Assembly (NCBI GenBank): GCA_000320545.1
Contig: ADNK01002135.1
Coordinates: 1 to 64,000 of the forward strand
DNA: 64,000 nucleotides
Origin: Bigelowiella natans CCMP2755
Taxonomy: Eukaryota; Protista; Cercozoa
Direction: 5' to 3'
Part shown: positions 37,919-50,373 of the stretch, in pieces
Position numbering within the stretch: the stretch's first letter is position 1
How the letters are laid out: the number at the start of each line of letters is the position of its first letter
Program-made: the position numbers and the translations under genes
Notes under the pieces: model-generated
Seen by the model: the letters and a program-made list of their open reading frames with translations, nothing else
The model's database searches: none
Told to the model about the DNA's origin: nothing

Positions 37919-39401
37919 GTGTAGATATCTCTCGCTAATAGCAACGAATTGATCCATAATATGTTCAATGCAAATCGTTATGGGGAAACATATGAACGTA
38001 CCACAGCTATTCGTGGAGAGGAGACCGGAACGCTCAGTGGGCAGGGGCTGCATCCTGGTGAGGAGTTGAAGGAGGAGGAGGAAGAAGAAGATGATGATGA
38101 TAATGATGATTATGATGGGGATAAGGATGATGGTGGTAGTGATCATAGTGTGCTCAGTCGTCCCAATTGTGATTGGAATCTCTTCCCCCTCCCTAATCCT
38201 CTTTCCCCCCCTCCCCCTCATCGTAGATTTCAGCGAATGATGCTCCAGTGGTTCGAATCTCCGGGCTGCTAGTTGAATGTGCCCAATCCCAGGTGTGCAG
38301 AGGGCGGAGCCTCCTTCCTCATACATTATCTATGATGATGATGATGATGGTGGTGGTGATAGTGATGAAGAAAAAGAAGAAGATGTTCGTCTTCGACAGC
38401 TCTTAGTACTATTATTATTATCATCATTATTATTATTGATAATGATAATAAAACTGTAACGTGTTGCTTGCTTACACAGCTAGAGTCTGTGAAGGCTGAG
38501 CGCTTTGGCCCAGTGTTGATTCGGAGACTGGAGGACACTGTAAGTCCCTCCCCTCTTCCAATGGAAAAGAATAGGAATAGAGCTCAATCTCAAAAGAAAG
38601 ATAAGCATAAGCACTTGACGGATGTGCGGGGCCTGAAGCAAGAGCAGCAGCAGCAGCAGCAGCACACACCTGGAAACAGCAACCCTCCCCCCTCTGATGA
38701 CATCGGTAGCAGCAGCACTCTGCAGAACAAACACACACGATTCGAATCTGCAGTGAAACACTTGGGTGATATCATCGCGGATGATTTCAAGGAACCGACT
38801 ACAAAGGCGGCAAGGGAGGCCGCAGCAAAGGAAAGTCTTCAGCGACGACAAGGAGGGGTCACAACCACTGGCAAAGACAGCAGCATCTTTGGCGAGGTCC
38901 ATGGCCAACTGACAGAGTTGCGAACGATGCACGAGCTGATGCAGGTGATCCAATCTAGTGAAAGAAGAAGCACGAATGAAACAATTCAAAACGCCAAAAC
39001 GCGCATGTGTGCATGCACTGCCTAGAGGAGAAAAGTGGTAGGCTGTCAGCGCATCATGAGCGCAAGTTCACCGGGGTGCTTCTTATTGTAAATTTCTCAG
39101 AACACCGGTGAGGATTTCTCGAAGCTTTCCAGAGAGATCACAGGAGAGAGAGAGAAGCAAACGGTGAACAGGCCAACAAGACATCACAGCACAACTCGTC
39201 CTACTCGTGGAACGCAAGGGGGTAGGCGTGGCAGCGCCCATCACAGCGACGGAAAATGGAAAAGAAAACGATTTGGAATCCATGGCAGTGGTCAGAGGAA
39301 TTTCAAGCGACGAGGCTCCACTGAATCTTCCGGAAGGTGATGTCAATTTAGCTGTTCTTCACATCTTGCAGAATTGTTACCAACATGCACGTCATCCATG
39401 A
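32380..39401 (+). CDS. Large multi-exon hypothetical protein, low-complexity and probably largely disordered; boundaries approximate
   Basis: Chain of same-strand open segments (33540-35420, 35985-36467, 37186-37370, 37525-37841, 38480-38943, 39142-39401) mostly flanked by AG/GT and separated by microsatellite-rich introns. No family recognised; could be more than one gene. Confidence 0.5.
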
Positions 39402-39603
39402 AACTGAACTCACAGCGCACCAAGTTGCTTGCAGCCGGTGAACTTCTTCCTCTTCTTCTTCTTCTTCATCTTCGACACTGCGATGCCATGTGTGCCATGC
39501 TTCTTTAGCGTAGTTGTGACAAATCGATGCTGCAGACCAGAATCCATTATGTTGATTCATGTCACTCTTTCTGCTAGACATGATGTTGCACATGTGAACG
39601 CAT

Positions 39604-39640
<37 letters not shown>

Positions 39641-39904
39641 CGCATGTGTGTGCGCGCGTGCTGCCAACCCACAAGCGTACCGCAGATTCACGTTTGGCTA
39701 ATTGGGCATATGATCGAAGACACGCACGAGAGCTTACATGTTCGCCATCATGAATTGACGCTCCAAGTACGATATGTTGTTAGCGAAGCACACTCAGCGG
39801 AACACTAGTTGGCATGCGAATGTGCAGCAGTGTCAAACAAAGTTTGCGCTCTCCATCATTGAGTTTTATTCCCATCATTCGTGCATGGCATTATCATCAC
39901 TATT

Positions 39905-40731
39905 CTAAGAAAACCTGTCAAACTCCTTGCAAAGTTTGACTATCACGTGATTCTCAAACGATTCCACAATGCCCCTCTCAGTTCTCTCGTGAATGGAATG
40001 AGAATAGCTCGGCACTTTATTCGCCTCACAGATGGTAAGCCTACTGCTTTTCACGACGCCTGGAGTGAGCTCGATGCATTGAAAGGCTCCTTCGTGGACT
40101 TCAGGGCCATCCTTCTCCCATCGAAAGCCGTGTAGCTTTGCATCTTCAAATCCAAATCGGCCATAGTATGCGGGACTACCGAGCACGAATACCAGATCGA
40201 CACCTTGAGAAAGGCATGCTTCTAACCCAGCTTCCACCAGCTCTGAACCGATTCCCTGACGTTGCATATTTGGCACCACTCCCAAAGGTGACAGCTGCAC
40301 TGCTTTGATGGCCTGGAGAAAAACGAGATTTTCAAAGCAGAGGTAGCAACTATCATAGAGCTGAAAAAACGGGTTCCAAACAGTTGGGCAATTTTCATCG
40401 ATGATCTACGAGGAGGGGAAGGTGAGGGTTCGCTTACGCCTTGTGAAATCGGTTGCCGCTCAGCGATGGTCATAGCTCCACTGGACTGAAGGTTATGTGG
40501 GCGACAACGCGGCGATGATGATCCACTGCGACCTTAGACGACCAAGCGCCCATTTGCCCTGAGTTCATCAACGAGGCCGGCGACGAGGAGACCTTCCCCG
40601 CCTCCATATTTTTCCTCAAACGCCTCAGTGTGCACCTTCCTCACAGAGCTTACATCTTGGATTCTTTCATCTCGAATGTGTAGTGCAGCGGTGCTTCCAG
40701 CGGCCAAAACGCGAGAGCTCGTGGAGCCCAT
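39905..40731 (-). pseudogene. YhbS-like GNAT N-acetyltransferase with a disrupted reading frame (pseudogene or assembly error)
   Basis: HIRDE..VHTEAF..LVDELR, then VAVD..VVAHITFSPV in a shifted frame, then LSPLGVVPNMQRQGIGSELV..VFVLGSPAYYGRFGF. In-frame TAA at 40534-40536. Confidence 0.7.
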
Positions 40732-41056
40732 TCGCAGAAGGTTCTTTCTTATTTCCGTTCTTTCTATCAATCCGATTCTTCCGTTTTTAACCGTGAATCT
40801 TTGCATATTTTCACGATATAATTCTTCCGAAACGGACCTTTCAAATTCGTCGGTTTTTGCCGAAGCAGCCGAGGATTTTGACGACCCTGAATAGGATCAT
40901 TTTTCATCGTTGAAACATCTAAAGTATTCTTCTCATAGGAGCAACATCGCAGGGACAGAACGGACGTTCAGATACTGCACGTCGGACCGAACCCGAAAGA
41001 GACTAGGAAGAGGCGGGCACACTCTCAGAAAACATGTATGTATGAGAGAACTGACG

Positions 41057-42740
41057 ATGGGGAAACACACTTCTTCTTCTTCTCCTATTGATGGTTATTT
41101 CCTCATGTTCTTGCTTGGCGTGGATATGTTCTTCTTTTCTTCGGTTGATGGGAATCATCTGAGATCATCATATCTGCATTGCCGCCACACACACTACAGG
41201 GATTTGTCCGTGCAAGATAATGGTGTTGCCGTTCTAACTATGAGTTTCGGGCCTAAGGGGGGGAATCTATTCTGCCCTTCTCTAATAGCAGGTGCGAAAA
41301 ATCCTTCCTTATCCTCCTCCTCCCCCTTTCCATCTCGAAACAAACAGCGTATCTAACTAATATCAGAACTGGACAAGATTATTACGGCTGTTGAATCTGA
41401 TGCTCGAGGTAAACTAAACACCAAAGCCAGCACAAACGCCTCGAAACGCACCCACTATTAAAGTTTTCCTTAAGATTATGAGCGAAGCTAATAATAAAAT
41501 GACCATGCTTTTTGTACGTTTAACAGTTTCCGCATTGGTCATTACCGGCAAGGTATTGATTTACATGCATTCCAGAGGCAAGTTAAAGAGAATACCTCGG
41601 GCGATGAAGGGGGGCTAAGTTGAATGAAAAGGGAGAGATGGGAGAGAGGAAGGGAGAGAGAATAGCTTTGCCGCTCACTATGTTCACTGTACTGCCCCCC
41701 CTCGCCTCGCGGCGTTTCTTTCTCAGGGGAAGTACTTTTCCAATGGGTTAAATACCAAATGGCTGCAGAAGAATGTAGTATGGGCGCCAGCCATGGTAAT
41801 ATCCTCTTACAGGCTTTTTGCCCGAGTGCTCGCTCTTGGAGTCCCAACAATCGCAGGTAGGACTTGCAAAACAACAACAAGAACACCATCTCGAGATCAG
41901 TGTACGCGACCACTTGTATGATGATGCACATGTGGTATATGTTATACCTACAGCTATAAACGGCTACGCTGTTGGAGCGGGTTTCTTCCTTGCCCTTTGC
42001 TGCGACCACAGGATAATGGTGAAAGGCAAGGCCTCCACCGCCAATAAAAAGAGCCAAGCAGACTACTTCCTTCGCCTTCCGGAGGTAGTAATATAGTAGT
42101 TGTAGTTGCTGGTGTTGCTCTTTCATCGGCTGCTCATATTGTTGAACGATACCATTTGCTCCAAAAGTAATAATTAGTTGGTGGATTTGGAAAAAGGATC
42201 AGAACATCCCTTATTACTATGCATCATCCGCATTTCAACGTGTCTTATAGAAAACCATTAATCATTGTTTCAACTCCTTTTTTCTCTGAATGAACAAACA
42301 CCCTCGCACCCACATGCATAAATATAACACACCAGCTCGATCTAAAGATGCCGTTGTCCCCTGGCTACACCGCAATAGCAAAATGTAAGTTACCAAAACG
42401 TGCTCTCCGGACGACAGTACTCACGGCAAAGCGATGGACCCCGATGGAGGCTCTATCATCGGGCATTATCGATCGCGTTGTGAGCAGTAAAGACCTTCTC
42501 CACACGTGTGTTGCATTCGGTCACGAGCTTGCTGGCGGGGGGAGAGTTGAAAGGAAGCGAAATGTTTACTCAATGCTCAAGCGTGAAATCTATAGCGAGT
42601 GCTATGAATCGCTGACGAGCTGGTTTGCAATGCCTCGAATGGTTGCTACCCTGGGCAGTTTGGCCGTGCGCGGCATCTTTTTGCCGAAGAAGGCCAAATC
42701 TCTGCACAAGAAGAATGCAGCCCTCAAATCGAAGCTCTAA
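41057..42740 (+). CDS. Crotonase-superfamily enoyl-CoA delta-isomerase/hydratase, peroxisomal (C-terminal SKL), multi-exon; start uncertain
   Basis: Exons read VAVLTM, SALVITGK|GKYFSNG, RVLALGVPTIA|AINGYAVGAGFFLALCCDHRIM, LRLPE|LDLKMPL and EALSSGIID; protein ends SKL*. Confidence 0.88.
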
Positions 42741-43474
42741 TTACAGGAGGGGCTTCCTGCACTCACCCATCAATACAGTACCGTCTGAAGATGATGGATG
42801 AATATGTCGTACAACACTTGTGAACGTTCGTCTCGAAAATGCACCCACTGTGTATGTATAGCAGTTATCTTGACTATCAGGCCCGTAGCATATTAGAGCG
42901 CAGTCTTAGTGTCGTAGCCGCTACACGATCGACAGCACCGCGGGCACTACATCATCACATACATGTGTTTGCTTCAAGTTGTGTACGTATCGGAGCACCT
43001 GGTCGCCAGCGCAGACACACTCAACGCACAGTCTTCTCCCATATACTTATGTGCATGCATGCATACGTGATGAGCGCAACATCCCCGCAAGTGCATCATG
43101 CACTTCTCTAGCTACACTTACGTTGCACTCGTACATTGACGTACGCCGCATTATTGAGCTTTTGCATGCGCAAAATATTGCATATGCTAGTATGTATGCA
43201 ATATGCAAAATTCTATTGACCATTATATGACCCAGTTAGGGTTTGCAAGAATGGGAGTAGTAGTGACGACATTGGATTCGGGAAATGCACATGCAGCTTG
43301 CATGTGTTCATAGCTCAGTTTGGGTGTGAATGGCCTCTTTTGGATGGATGATTCATGAAGCAAAAACAAAATCACATGCTCGAGACTGCATTTCTTATCT
43401 GCGATGTGGACGACAGCATTGATACAAGGCAAAGCATCATCCTTCTCTACATCCTCCATGCAATTGTCCTAGAC

Positions 43475-43685
43475 TCAATCGTCATGTTGTTTGGAGCCCG
43501 ATGAAGCACGTGCAAACTTCAGCCAAAAGGCAAGAATAATTAGCGGCACAGCGGTTAAAAGTCGCCTGTGAGCAAAAGCAATGTTTCGAAAGTGTATGAT
43601 TAAAAATTCCATAAAATTCTTTTATTCGGCCACGAAGCATACTCGTCCGCCCTCTACTACAACTATTATAACAACTGCTACTGCA

Positions 43686-43717
<32 letters not shown>

Positions 43718-45000
43718 CACTGCTACCCCTTACACCGATATCACACATGAGCTGGTAACCACTTCATGAATCATTATCATTGTTATTATTATTATCATTA
43801 TTGTTGCTAGTAGTAGTAGTAGCACTAGCAATGACCATGTTATCGTATCCGCATGAATTAAGAGGGACAACACAAGTCCAGCGAGCAGCCCGTACGCTTT
43901 TCCCACCCCCCCCAAATGATATGTCACCTGAAGGATCGATATTCAACGGCGGCAAACAAACCAACAGCACAACGCAGCTCCCACTGCAATGGAGAAATAG
44001 AAACGACGCCTGCCTTACTAAAACCAGCAGCTACTATTACCACCTACTTCTCACCTTTCCTACGACTATTCCTCCACACGCAGTGGACATCAAAGGCAGC
44101 ACTGTGTATCTATCGAATCCATCGAAGAACGAAGAATTCAAAATACGCTGCCCGTCGCCTATGCCGAGCACGTAGGCCTCGCATAAGAGCTGAAGTGTGA
44201 AGAGGGAAAGGAGGCGGGGTAAGGATAACGGTGATACTACTGCTGACGATGACATCAACGTGTATTGAGCAAATGATGAGGAGATGATTGGTGACGGAAG
44301 AAGAGGAAGAAGAAAAAGAAGTGGAAAATAGTTGATGGCGACCTTTAATATAAGAAAGCAAGCCGAGAAGAAACCCTAAACAACACACGTACAGATTAAT
44401 GCTGTATCTACCGATAGAGCTATTTCGGTTTGGAGTGTCATCGTCACCGATGATTTCCCCCATCCATGCCAAGAATGTAACGAAGATAAGTTGTTTTTTG
44501 TGTGATTGGGATCAAGTCTCAAGATTCCAGAACTTATCACTATGACAGACATACACACGCACGCATTCGCAATGTTGCCAACACGAAAATTACGAGTTCT
44601 GCAGACATCAGGTAGCTGTTTCTTTCAAGCCTTTGCAGGTTGTATTGCATCTGCCATGGTATAGTGCCGATAAACATGGTGAGTGTCGAGGAGATATATG
44701 GAGGAGAAGATCATCACTGCACGATGTGGAGGTAAAGGGATGGATGGTAATATTACGAAACGCCTCCAAAGAATTCCCATAAAGCAAGAAATAACAAGAT
44801 AATATAATGTGAAAGTCATGACATAGAAATTCCATTTAGCTTCATACGCCATGGCCACATGATGATGATGATGATGATGATGATGATCATAATTATCATA
44901 ATATACTACCACTGTAGACGCGACACCGGATATTGCTCCCGCCACTAATGTCAACCCAATGCCGACTAACCGGCTCTGAATTTCGTCGTCTACATAGATG

Positions 45001-45040
<40 letters not shown>

Positions 45041-45671
45041 GTATGGCTGCTTGTGCGGTGTGTTATGCATCAGCGGCGGACGATATTTTGCACAGCTAGC
45101 CTAGTAGCAGGAGCAAACATCATCAGATTTATTGCTCATTCTTCCAATCCACTAATAGCCTTTTGTACGTCCTCGGAACGCGTGCTGGTTTGCGGTATCA
45201 GTTTTCATTTTACAATGGCGTCTCATCATCTCGACGACGATACGAATTGTGCCGCAGCAGAAACCATGTGTGACGCAGAACATAGAATACCAAAGTGACT
45301 GTTGGTACTTATGATGATGACGACGATGATGTTGTTGTTGTTTTATGGCTTGGAACATGCACCGCCAGTATACCTGTCGTAGTTTGCTCATCGAATTTGG
45401 TAGGATCTGTTGATACCTGTTTAGATGATAATAAATGACAGCACCCCTTCTTAGTATTTGCAGGGGAGAACAAGTTATTTTAAGATCTCCTGAGTAATAT
45501 GTTGCTTGCTGTATTATCGCTTTGCGCAAAAGCACACTCTCTTTCTTATCTGCCTGCTGTTGCTGTTGGCAATGGCTCTGCTACTGCTGCTCGCCGAGGA
45601 ATACGTTTGAAGCGTAACATGATTAGATTCTGATCCCTACACATCTGTCTATTTTCAATGTGTACTGCATT

Positions 45672-45708
<37 letters not shown>

Positions 45709-47204
45709 TATATATGCACGTATTCGCAAGGTATTATTCACATCGTACAAGGAGTGTCGTGAAGATGATTATCCCGAGCGATGCAATCTGATGGTGAACG
45801 ACAGTTGTTGGTTTAAACAATACTTGCTGCATGAACTCTATGCACAACCACTCTTATCATCAAACGCCACAACCCACCAGACCTGTGCAGGCCTAAATTT
45901 TTCTTCCAGGAAGATGTACACGAATACTGCGTTCCAAATTAGCTTGCTCTGAAATGTGTTGATTCGGTAGTGAATTGAGGGAGAGGGGGATGGTATTACA
46001 ATAATAACCTTCGTGAAAAGGGGAGGATCTATCTCTGGATCTATGTCGTATGGTGTGGATCAAATGACTCTCTATTTCCTTGATTAATATACTGATCATG
46101 TGGGTTCATTAGAGCTGCTCGCCTCTCCATTTCCTCTCCCACGTCACACACAATTACTTGATTCAAGATGTTGTACGTGAGTCCGTCGATCTTGTTCATA
46201 GCTACTATCGTCAGAAGATTCTGTACCTATTTATTCCAGCGGTATAGGGATGATGATGGAGGAAACGTATAGGTTGTTCAAAGGATAGCTAATATTCCTT
46301 CCAGGACACGCCACACTGACATCCCAACTAGTCACAAATCTCTCGTTTTCTTCGTCACGCAAGTGTCGTCTTACAGCCTACAACATAGTTTATCTTTGCG
46401 TAACAGTATCCATTCCTTTTGGTCTTCCTACCGCGTAGAGCATCGCAGGAATCCCAGCAGTGGCGATGCTGATAATGAGGGACGGGGCATCATCGGTATG
46501 AAAAGGAATGGTAGCACGATTTAAATAGAACCCAAACTATGCATGGTGTACTGTATTTTAGATTGGAGTGTTTCTGCAAAAGATACCTTTTCTTAAGTGA
46601 CCAGTTCCTGACTATCTCGCCGCCACTAAAGCAGTAATGACGACATGAAGTCAAAGAGATGACGAGGAAGAGGGAAAAAACATATCAATTTGTCTTCACC
46701 TTTTCGTAAAGAATAAGACAGCCTGCATGCCGAAGATAACTTTCAAAACTCCTGGATCGTTGTAAACATTAGAAAGGGGAGGGAAGCTGCTCTATGATTT
46801 AATGGTGGACGTCCATGCGCCATTCTCCTAGGCTATGTGCTGCCATTCTGTGTATTTTGGTTCAATCAACCAGACCTACCTTCTTGCACGATTACTGCAG
46901 CAGAGCTAATGACCTGAGAAGGGAAAAAAACTCATCATATATCACGTTCAATCACCGAGAATCGTAACCTCGGATAAATCAGTGAAAATTTCCCAAGAAT
47001 TTGGGTACAAAATTAGTACCATGGAGGAGGCGAATGTTGAGGTCATCAGTGGCTGAAACCCGGATCTGACACACCATGATGGAGGATTGTCGGTGCATAT
47101 GTGAGTGAATTTGTAAATATTCGTATTCTGGGCTATTAAAACGCGACACGTAACTGCAGGGCCAGCAGGGAAAGCCATCCCCAAGCTTCAAACCCGCCCT
47201 CCAT
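43475..47204 (-). CDS. Nucleotide-sugar transporter, SLC35A (UDP-Gal/CMP-sialic acid) family, many exons
   Basis: Exons read MEGGFEAWGWLSLLALQ, GFQPLMT, VISSAAVIVQE, NWSLKKS/ATAGIPAMLYA, IDGLTYNILNQ|SKLIWNAVFVYIFL, FFDGFD..ACGGIVVG, GGVGKAYGLLAGLVLS and RLLTAVPLIILAFWL..KQHDD*. Confidence 0.82.
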
Positions 47205-47568
47205 CGCTCAGAGTGTGGTCTCAAAACCTGGTGACATCATCAAAGAGGAGGTGAATTGTGCCCAAATGGCGTAACACAGGGCGTGTAAATTCAAAGGTGG
47301 TTGGCACCACAAAGATAGTTACCCAAGAGTAGACACGACCCCTCCCCGACTGAGTCAGCCAATGTGCCAGACAAGCGCCGGCAAAATGAAAGTCGATCAG
47401 TTTTCCATTCCTTCAATCTGCGACAATGAAATGTGATTGTCGCACATTCTACACTTCTAAACCGTTATATTCGTGTCGCAAAAAATGCAATAGGGGTGAA
47501 CACTTGCAAACGACTTGTGATGTGGGATTCATTCATAAAAAAATCCTTGTATTTTGTGGAACATACAC

Positions 47569-47576
47569 GCCTGGAA
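47569..47576 (+). promoter_or_regulatory. Candidate snRNA upstream element GCCTGGAA (U5)
   Basis: The same 8-mer lies about 63-64 nt upstream of both the U5 and the U1 gene. Confidence 0.55.
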
Positions 47577-47632
47577 GAACTCTACATAGAAGCTGTAATT
47601 GGGATTCTCCCTTTTGGTGATCGATTTTTGCT

Positions 47633-47740
47633 TCACACACGGGTTCGCTTCAGAACGCATTACTTTTTCGCCTTTTACTAAAAAGTACCGTGGAGCGGAT
47701 CACTAAATGTGATCTCGAGTTTTTGGCGATCTTTGATCGT
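47633..47740 (+). ncRNA. U5: U5 spliceosomal snRNA
   Basis: Invariant loop I CGCCTTTTACT closed by TACTTTT/AAAAGTA; IL2 CCG; stem GGTTCGCTTCA/TGGAGCGGATC; Sm-like site AGTTTTTGG; 3' hairpin GCGATC-TTT-GATCGT. Ends approximate. Confidence 0.92.
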
Positions 47741-47928
47741 ACAACGTAAATTTTTGTTTTTTCATGAAATTTTTTCCGGCATACATTTTCCGCATAAACT
47801 TCGAGCAACCTGCACACATCATCGACTTTGCGAATTTGGGGGACCAATGCTGGTTGGGTTAAGGGATGAGAAATGAAAGAAATCTCAATTTCACCTAAAC
47901 TTCACCATTCCTTCATTTTCATTAGTAA

Positions 47929-47936
47929 GCCTGGAA
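47929..47936 (+). promoter_or_regulatory. Candidate snRNA upstream element GCCTGGAA (U1)
   Basis: Identical 8-mer at the same spacing as upstream of U5. Confidence 0.55.
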
Positions 47937-47991
47937 TCCCAGGGACAATGATCATTGTGAGGGTTTGCCAAGGAAGAATTACGGCCTCTTA

Positions 47992-48169
47992 TCACTTACC
48001 TGGCAGGCCAGTACTTCTTGGAAGTTTCGCGGGTGATCACTAAGGCCCGGCTGGTAGGAGCTAGTACCCCATTGCACGCCGGGGCTACAACCTCCTAGTG
48101 GAGTCGGCTACGCCGGCCTCACACTGCATAATTTTTGGTAGAGGGGCTGTGCGCTATGCGCCGGCCCCG
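47992..48169 (+). ncRNA. U1: U1 spliceosomal snRNA
   Basis: 5' ACTTACCTG; helix H GCAG/CTGC; U1-70K loop GATCACTAAG; U1A loop ATTGCAC; Sm site ATAATTTTTG; terminal stem GGGGCTG...CGGCCCC. Confidence 0.95.
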
Positions 48170-48396
48170 CACAAATTGAAACACACCCACAAACTTTCCG
48201 ACGAACACTTGCTAGACACCTGAGGTAGTCCCTCGAGTAGTCTCTGGAGATTCTCGAGATGAAGCACATCTGGGCGTCAATTTTCTGCTCTTTCCCAGAA
48301 ACCGAGCCCTCTCACCTGGGCGTCAAAAACCATCTCTTCACCCTGGCGTCAGTCACAGCCCGACACAACTCAAATTTCGTTGAACTGGAATTCCAA

Positions 48397-49394
48397 ATGA
48401 TTGCTCTAGCTCTCCTTCTCACCCTTCCATTAGCTCTCCCCTTCCCTGTTCCTGAGATTCAGCTCTCCAGTAGCGTCTTTGAACACCTCAACAATGCTTC
48501 AACTCCCCAAGGTACTGATCCAGATTGAGTTTCGTACCAAAAATACCTTCGTAATCGAAGACGAAGATTTGGGTCCCGTCGGCTGGTTGACATGGGTCGT
48601 ACATTGAAGTAGTGATTGACCACAGTTTGTTTTGATGTATCTCTTTTCTGTTTGCAATGTTGCAATTAGACTTGAAAGATCAGCTCGCAACCTCTGAAGT
48701 ACTCCCTCATTTAAGGGTTTTCTTCAATGCATCGGCCCATGCAATCGAGGTTGGTACTGATGATGTATCAGTATCGGGAAGCATCCCTACCCAGACTGTT
48801 GACCCGTCCTGCCATCATACTGTAACCGCGATAAACCCCAGAGGCACGGCCAAGATACTGAATGACTCCCGCCTGATGTTTGGTGTCTCTAATATCTCTT
48901 GGAAGTCTGTTGAGATCTTCGCAGATGCACGATTAGATTCTGTGCTCGATGTTTACTCTGACATCCGGGTAAGGCTTGGGAAGCACGTGTTTGGGCACCA
49001 CTGTACGCAGATTGCACGGAAGACGGTCGGTGTTGACGTAGTTTCGCACGGAACTGTTGGGCTTGGGTTAAACTTCACAGCCTCGAACGCCCGCATTGAG
49101 AGGTCTACCAACACCTCATCAAACTACGAACTCGTATTCAACTTCGAGTGCGATTCCGTAGCTCTCGTGCTTTCCTGGGATGTGGAGGAGGTCAAAGCGA
49201 ACAATTGCAAACTGAAAATCCTCGGTATTGATATTTTGAGTTATTGTGGATACCTTGAGAAAACCATTAAGGACGGAGCGAACAAGCTATCAACTGAGAT
49301 CATTAAGATCAACGCTCCAAAGATTGCAGCCAAAGTAGAAAGCGCTCTCAACACTGCCATCGGAGGAACAGTGCGAATCCCAATTGGATTTTGA
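48397..49394 (+). CDS. Secreted hypothetical protein, 2 exons (intron 48512-48669)
   Basis: Signal peptide MIALALLLTLPLALP. The GT-AG intron joins in frame to the 48657-49394 ORF. Beta-rich, with Cys residues and several NxS/T sites. Confidence 0.75.
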
Positions 49395-50047
49395 CGATCG
49401 AGCTGATGCATGCGATTTTGTAAAGCGGAACGAAGGCACATCACATTGTGATTCGATCGTTTTCGTCTCCAAAAAGCCCCAAAATTGCCCCAGAGTACGG
49501 AGTAGGATCATGTCAATTTCGTTGTCTCCAAATGTGACTAAATGATGGAACGCAACATCATTCGCTCAGGACACAACGTTCATGTCATCATGTGAACTAC
49601 ATCTGCAACGTTTGTGCGTGCTAGCGTGCGATGCATGCATGCTGCATTTTGACACATGTTGTGAGCAACCTGCGTCCATGCTAGGTTGTCTGTGTCACAC
49701 GTGTGGTCACTTGGATGCGCGCCATCGTCGCACGTATACACGCATGATGGACATGCAATACATAACATGTGTACAACACATCATGCATGTGATGCACATG
49801 TTGCATTGCTGTCTAGCTGTGTCCATTGCACGCATTTGTGTGTTTCGTCATCGCAATGATCACTGATCATGCAAGCTCATCTTGAAATCGTCGCCTGCAA
49901 TGCAAAGTCAATGCTGCTCAATGCTGAAATGGGATCGATCTCGCTCGACCAAGTGACATCATTCTGATGACATTGCATTGCCACAGCCACAGCCTCAACA
50001 GAGCTGGAGAGCACTGCACACATGCCAGCATGGCTAGATGGCTACAC

Positions 50048-50373
50048 TGTTGCGCGTAAGGTGTTCACAGGCCGAGGCGCTACGTGCACAAGTAGGCAGG
50101 GGGGGGGAAAGGCACGTTTGCTTCCTTTTGAAGAGTTGTGTTTATTTTTATTAAAGATTATATTTTTATTAAATCGTGCACTGCGTAATCATTCGCGAAG
50201 CTTTCGCGAATGCCGCCGCACGTGGGGCAGCACACTTCCGGTGTGCTGCCATGAGTCCCGCCGGAACCCACGTGCCTATGCTGTATTAATATCTACGTTA
50301 TCTATATTCTATATCCGCGACAACCCCTTTGTTGTCGCACGTGACTTGTGCCCGCGTAGTGGTACGCGCTACA
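50048..50373 (-). repeat. 3' LTR
   Basis: Appears identical to 55438-55763. Terminal inverted repeat TGTTGCGCGTA/TACGCGCTACA (10/11). Confidence 0.95.

Noticed and set aside
38248-38262. tRNA T-loop-like GGTTCGAATC (also at ~61325)
   Set aside because: No cloverleaf or acceptor stem around either occurrence.
40533-40542. 7-10 nt GT..AG micro-intron that would repair the first GNAT frameshift
   Set aside because: Far below known spliceosomal intron sizes, and the downstream TGA would remain unexplained.
50219-50275. Hammerhead ribozyme in the LTR junction
   Set aside because: The CTGANGA and GAAA core is absent on both strands.
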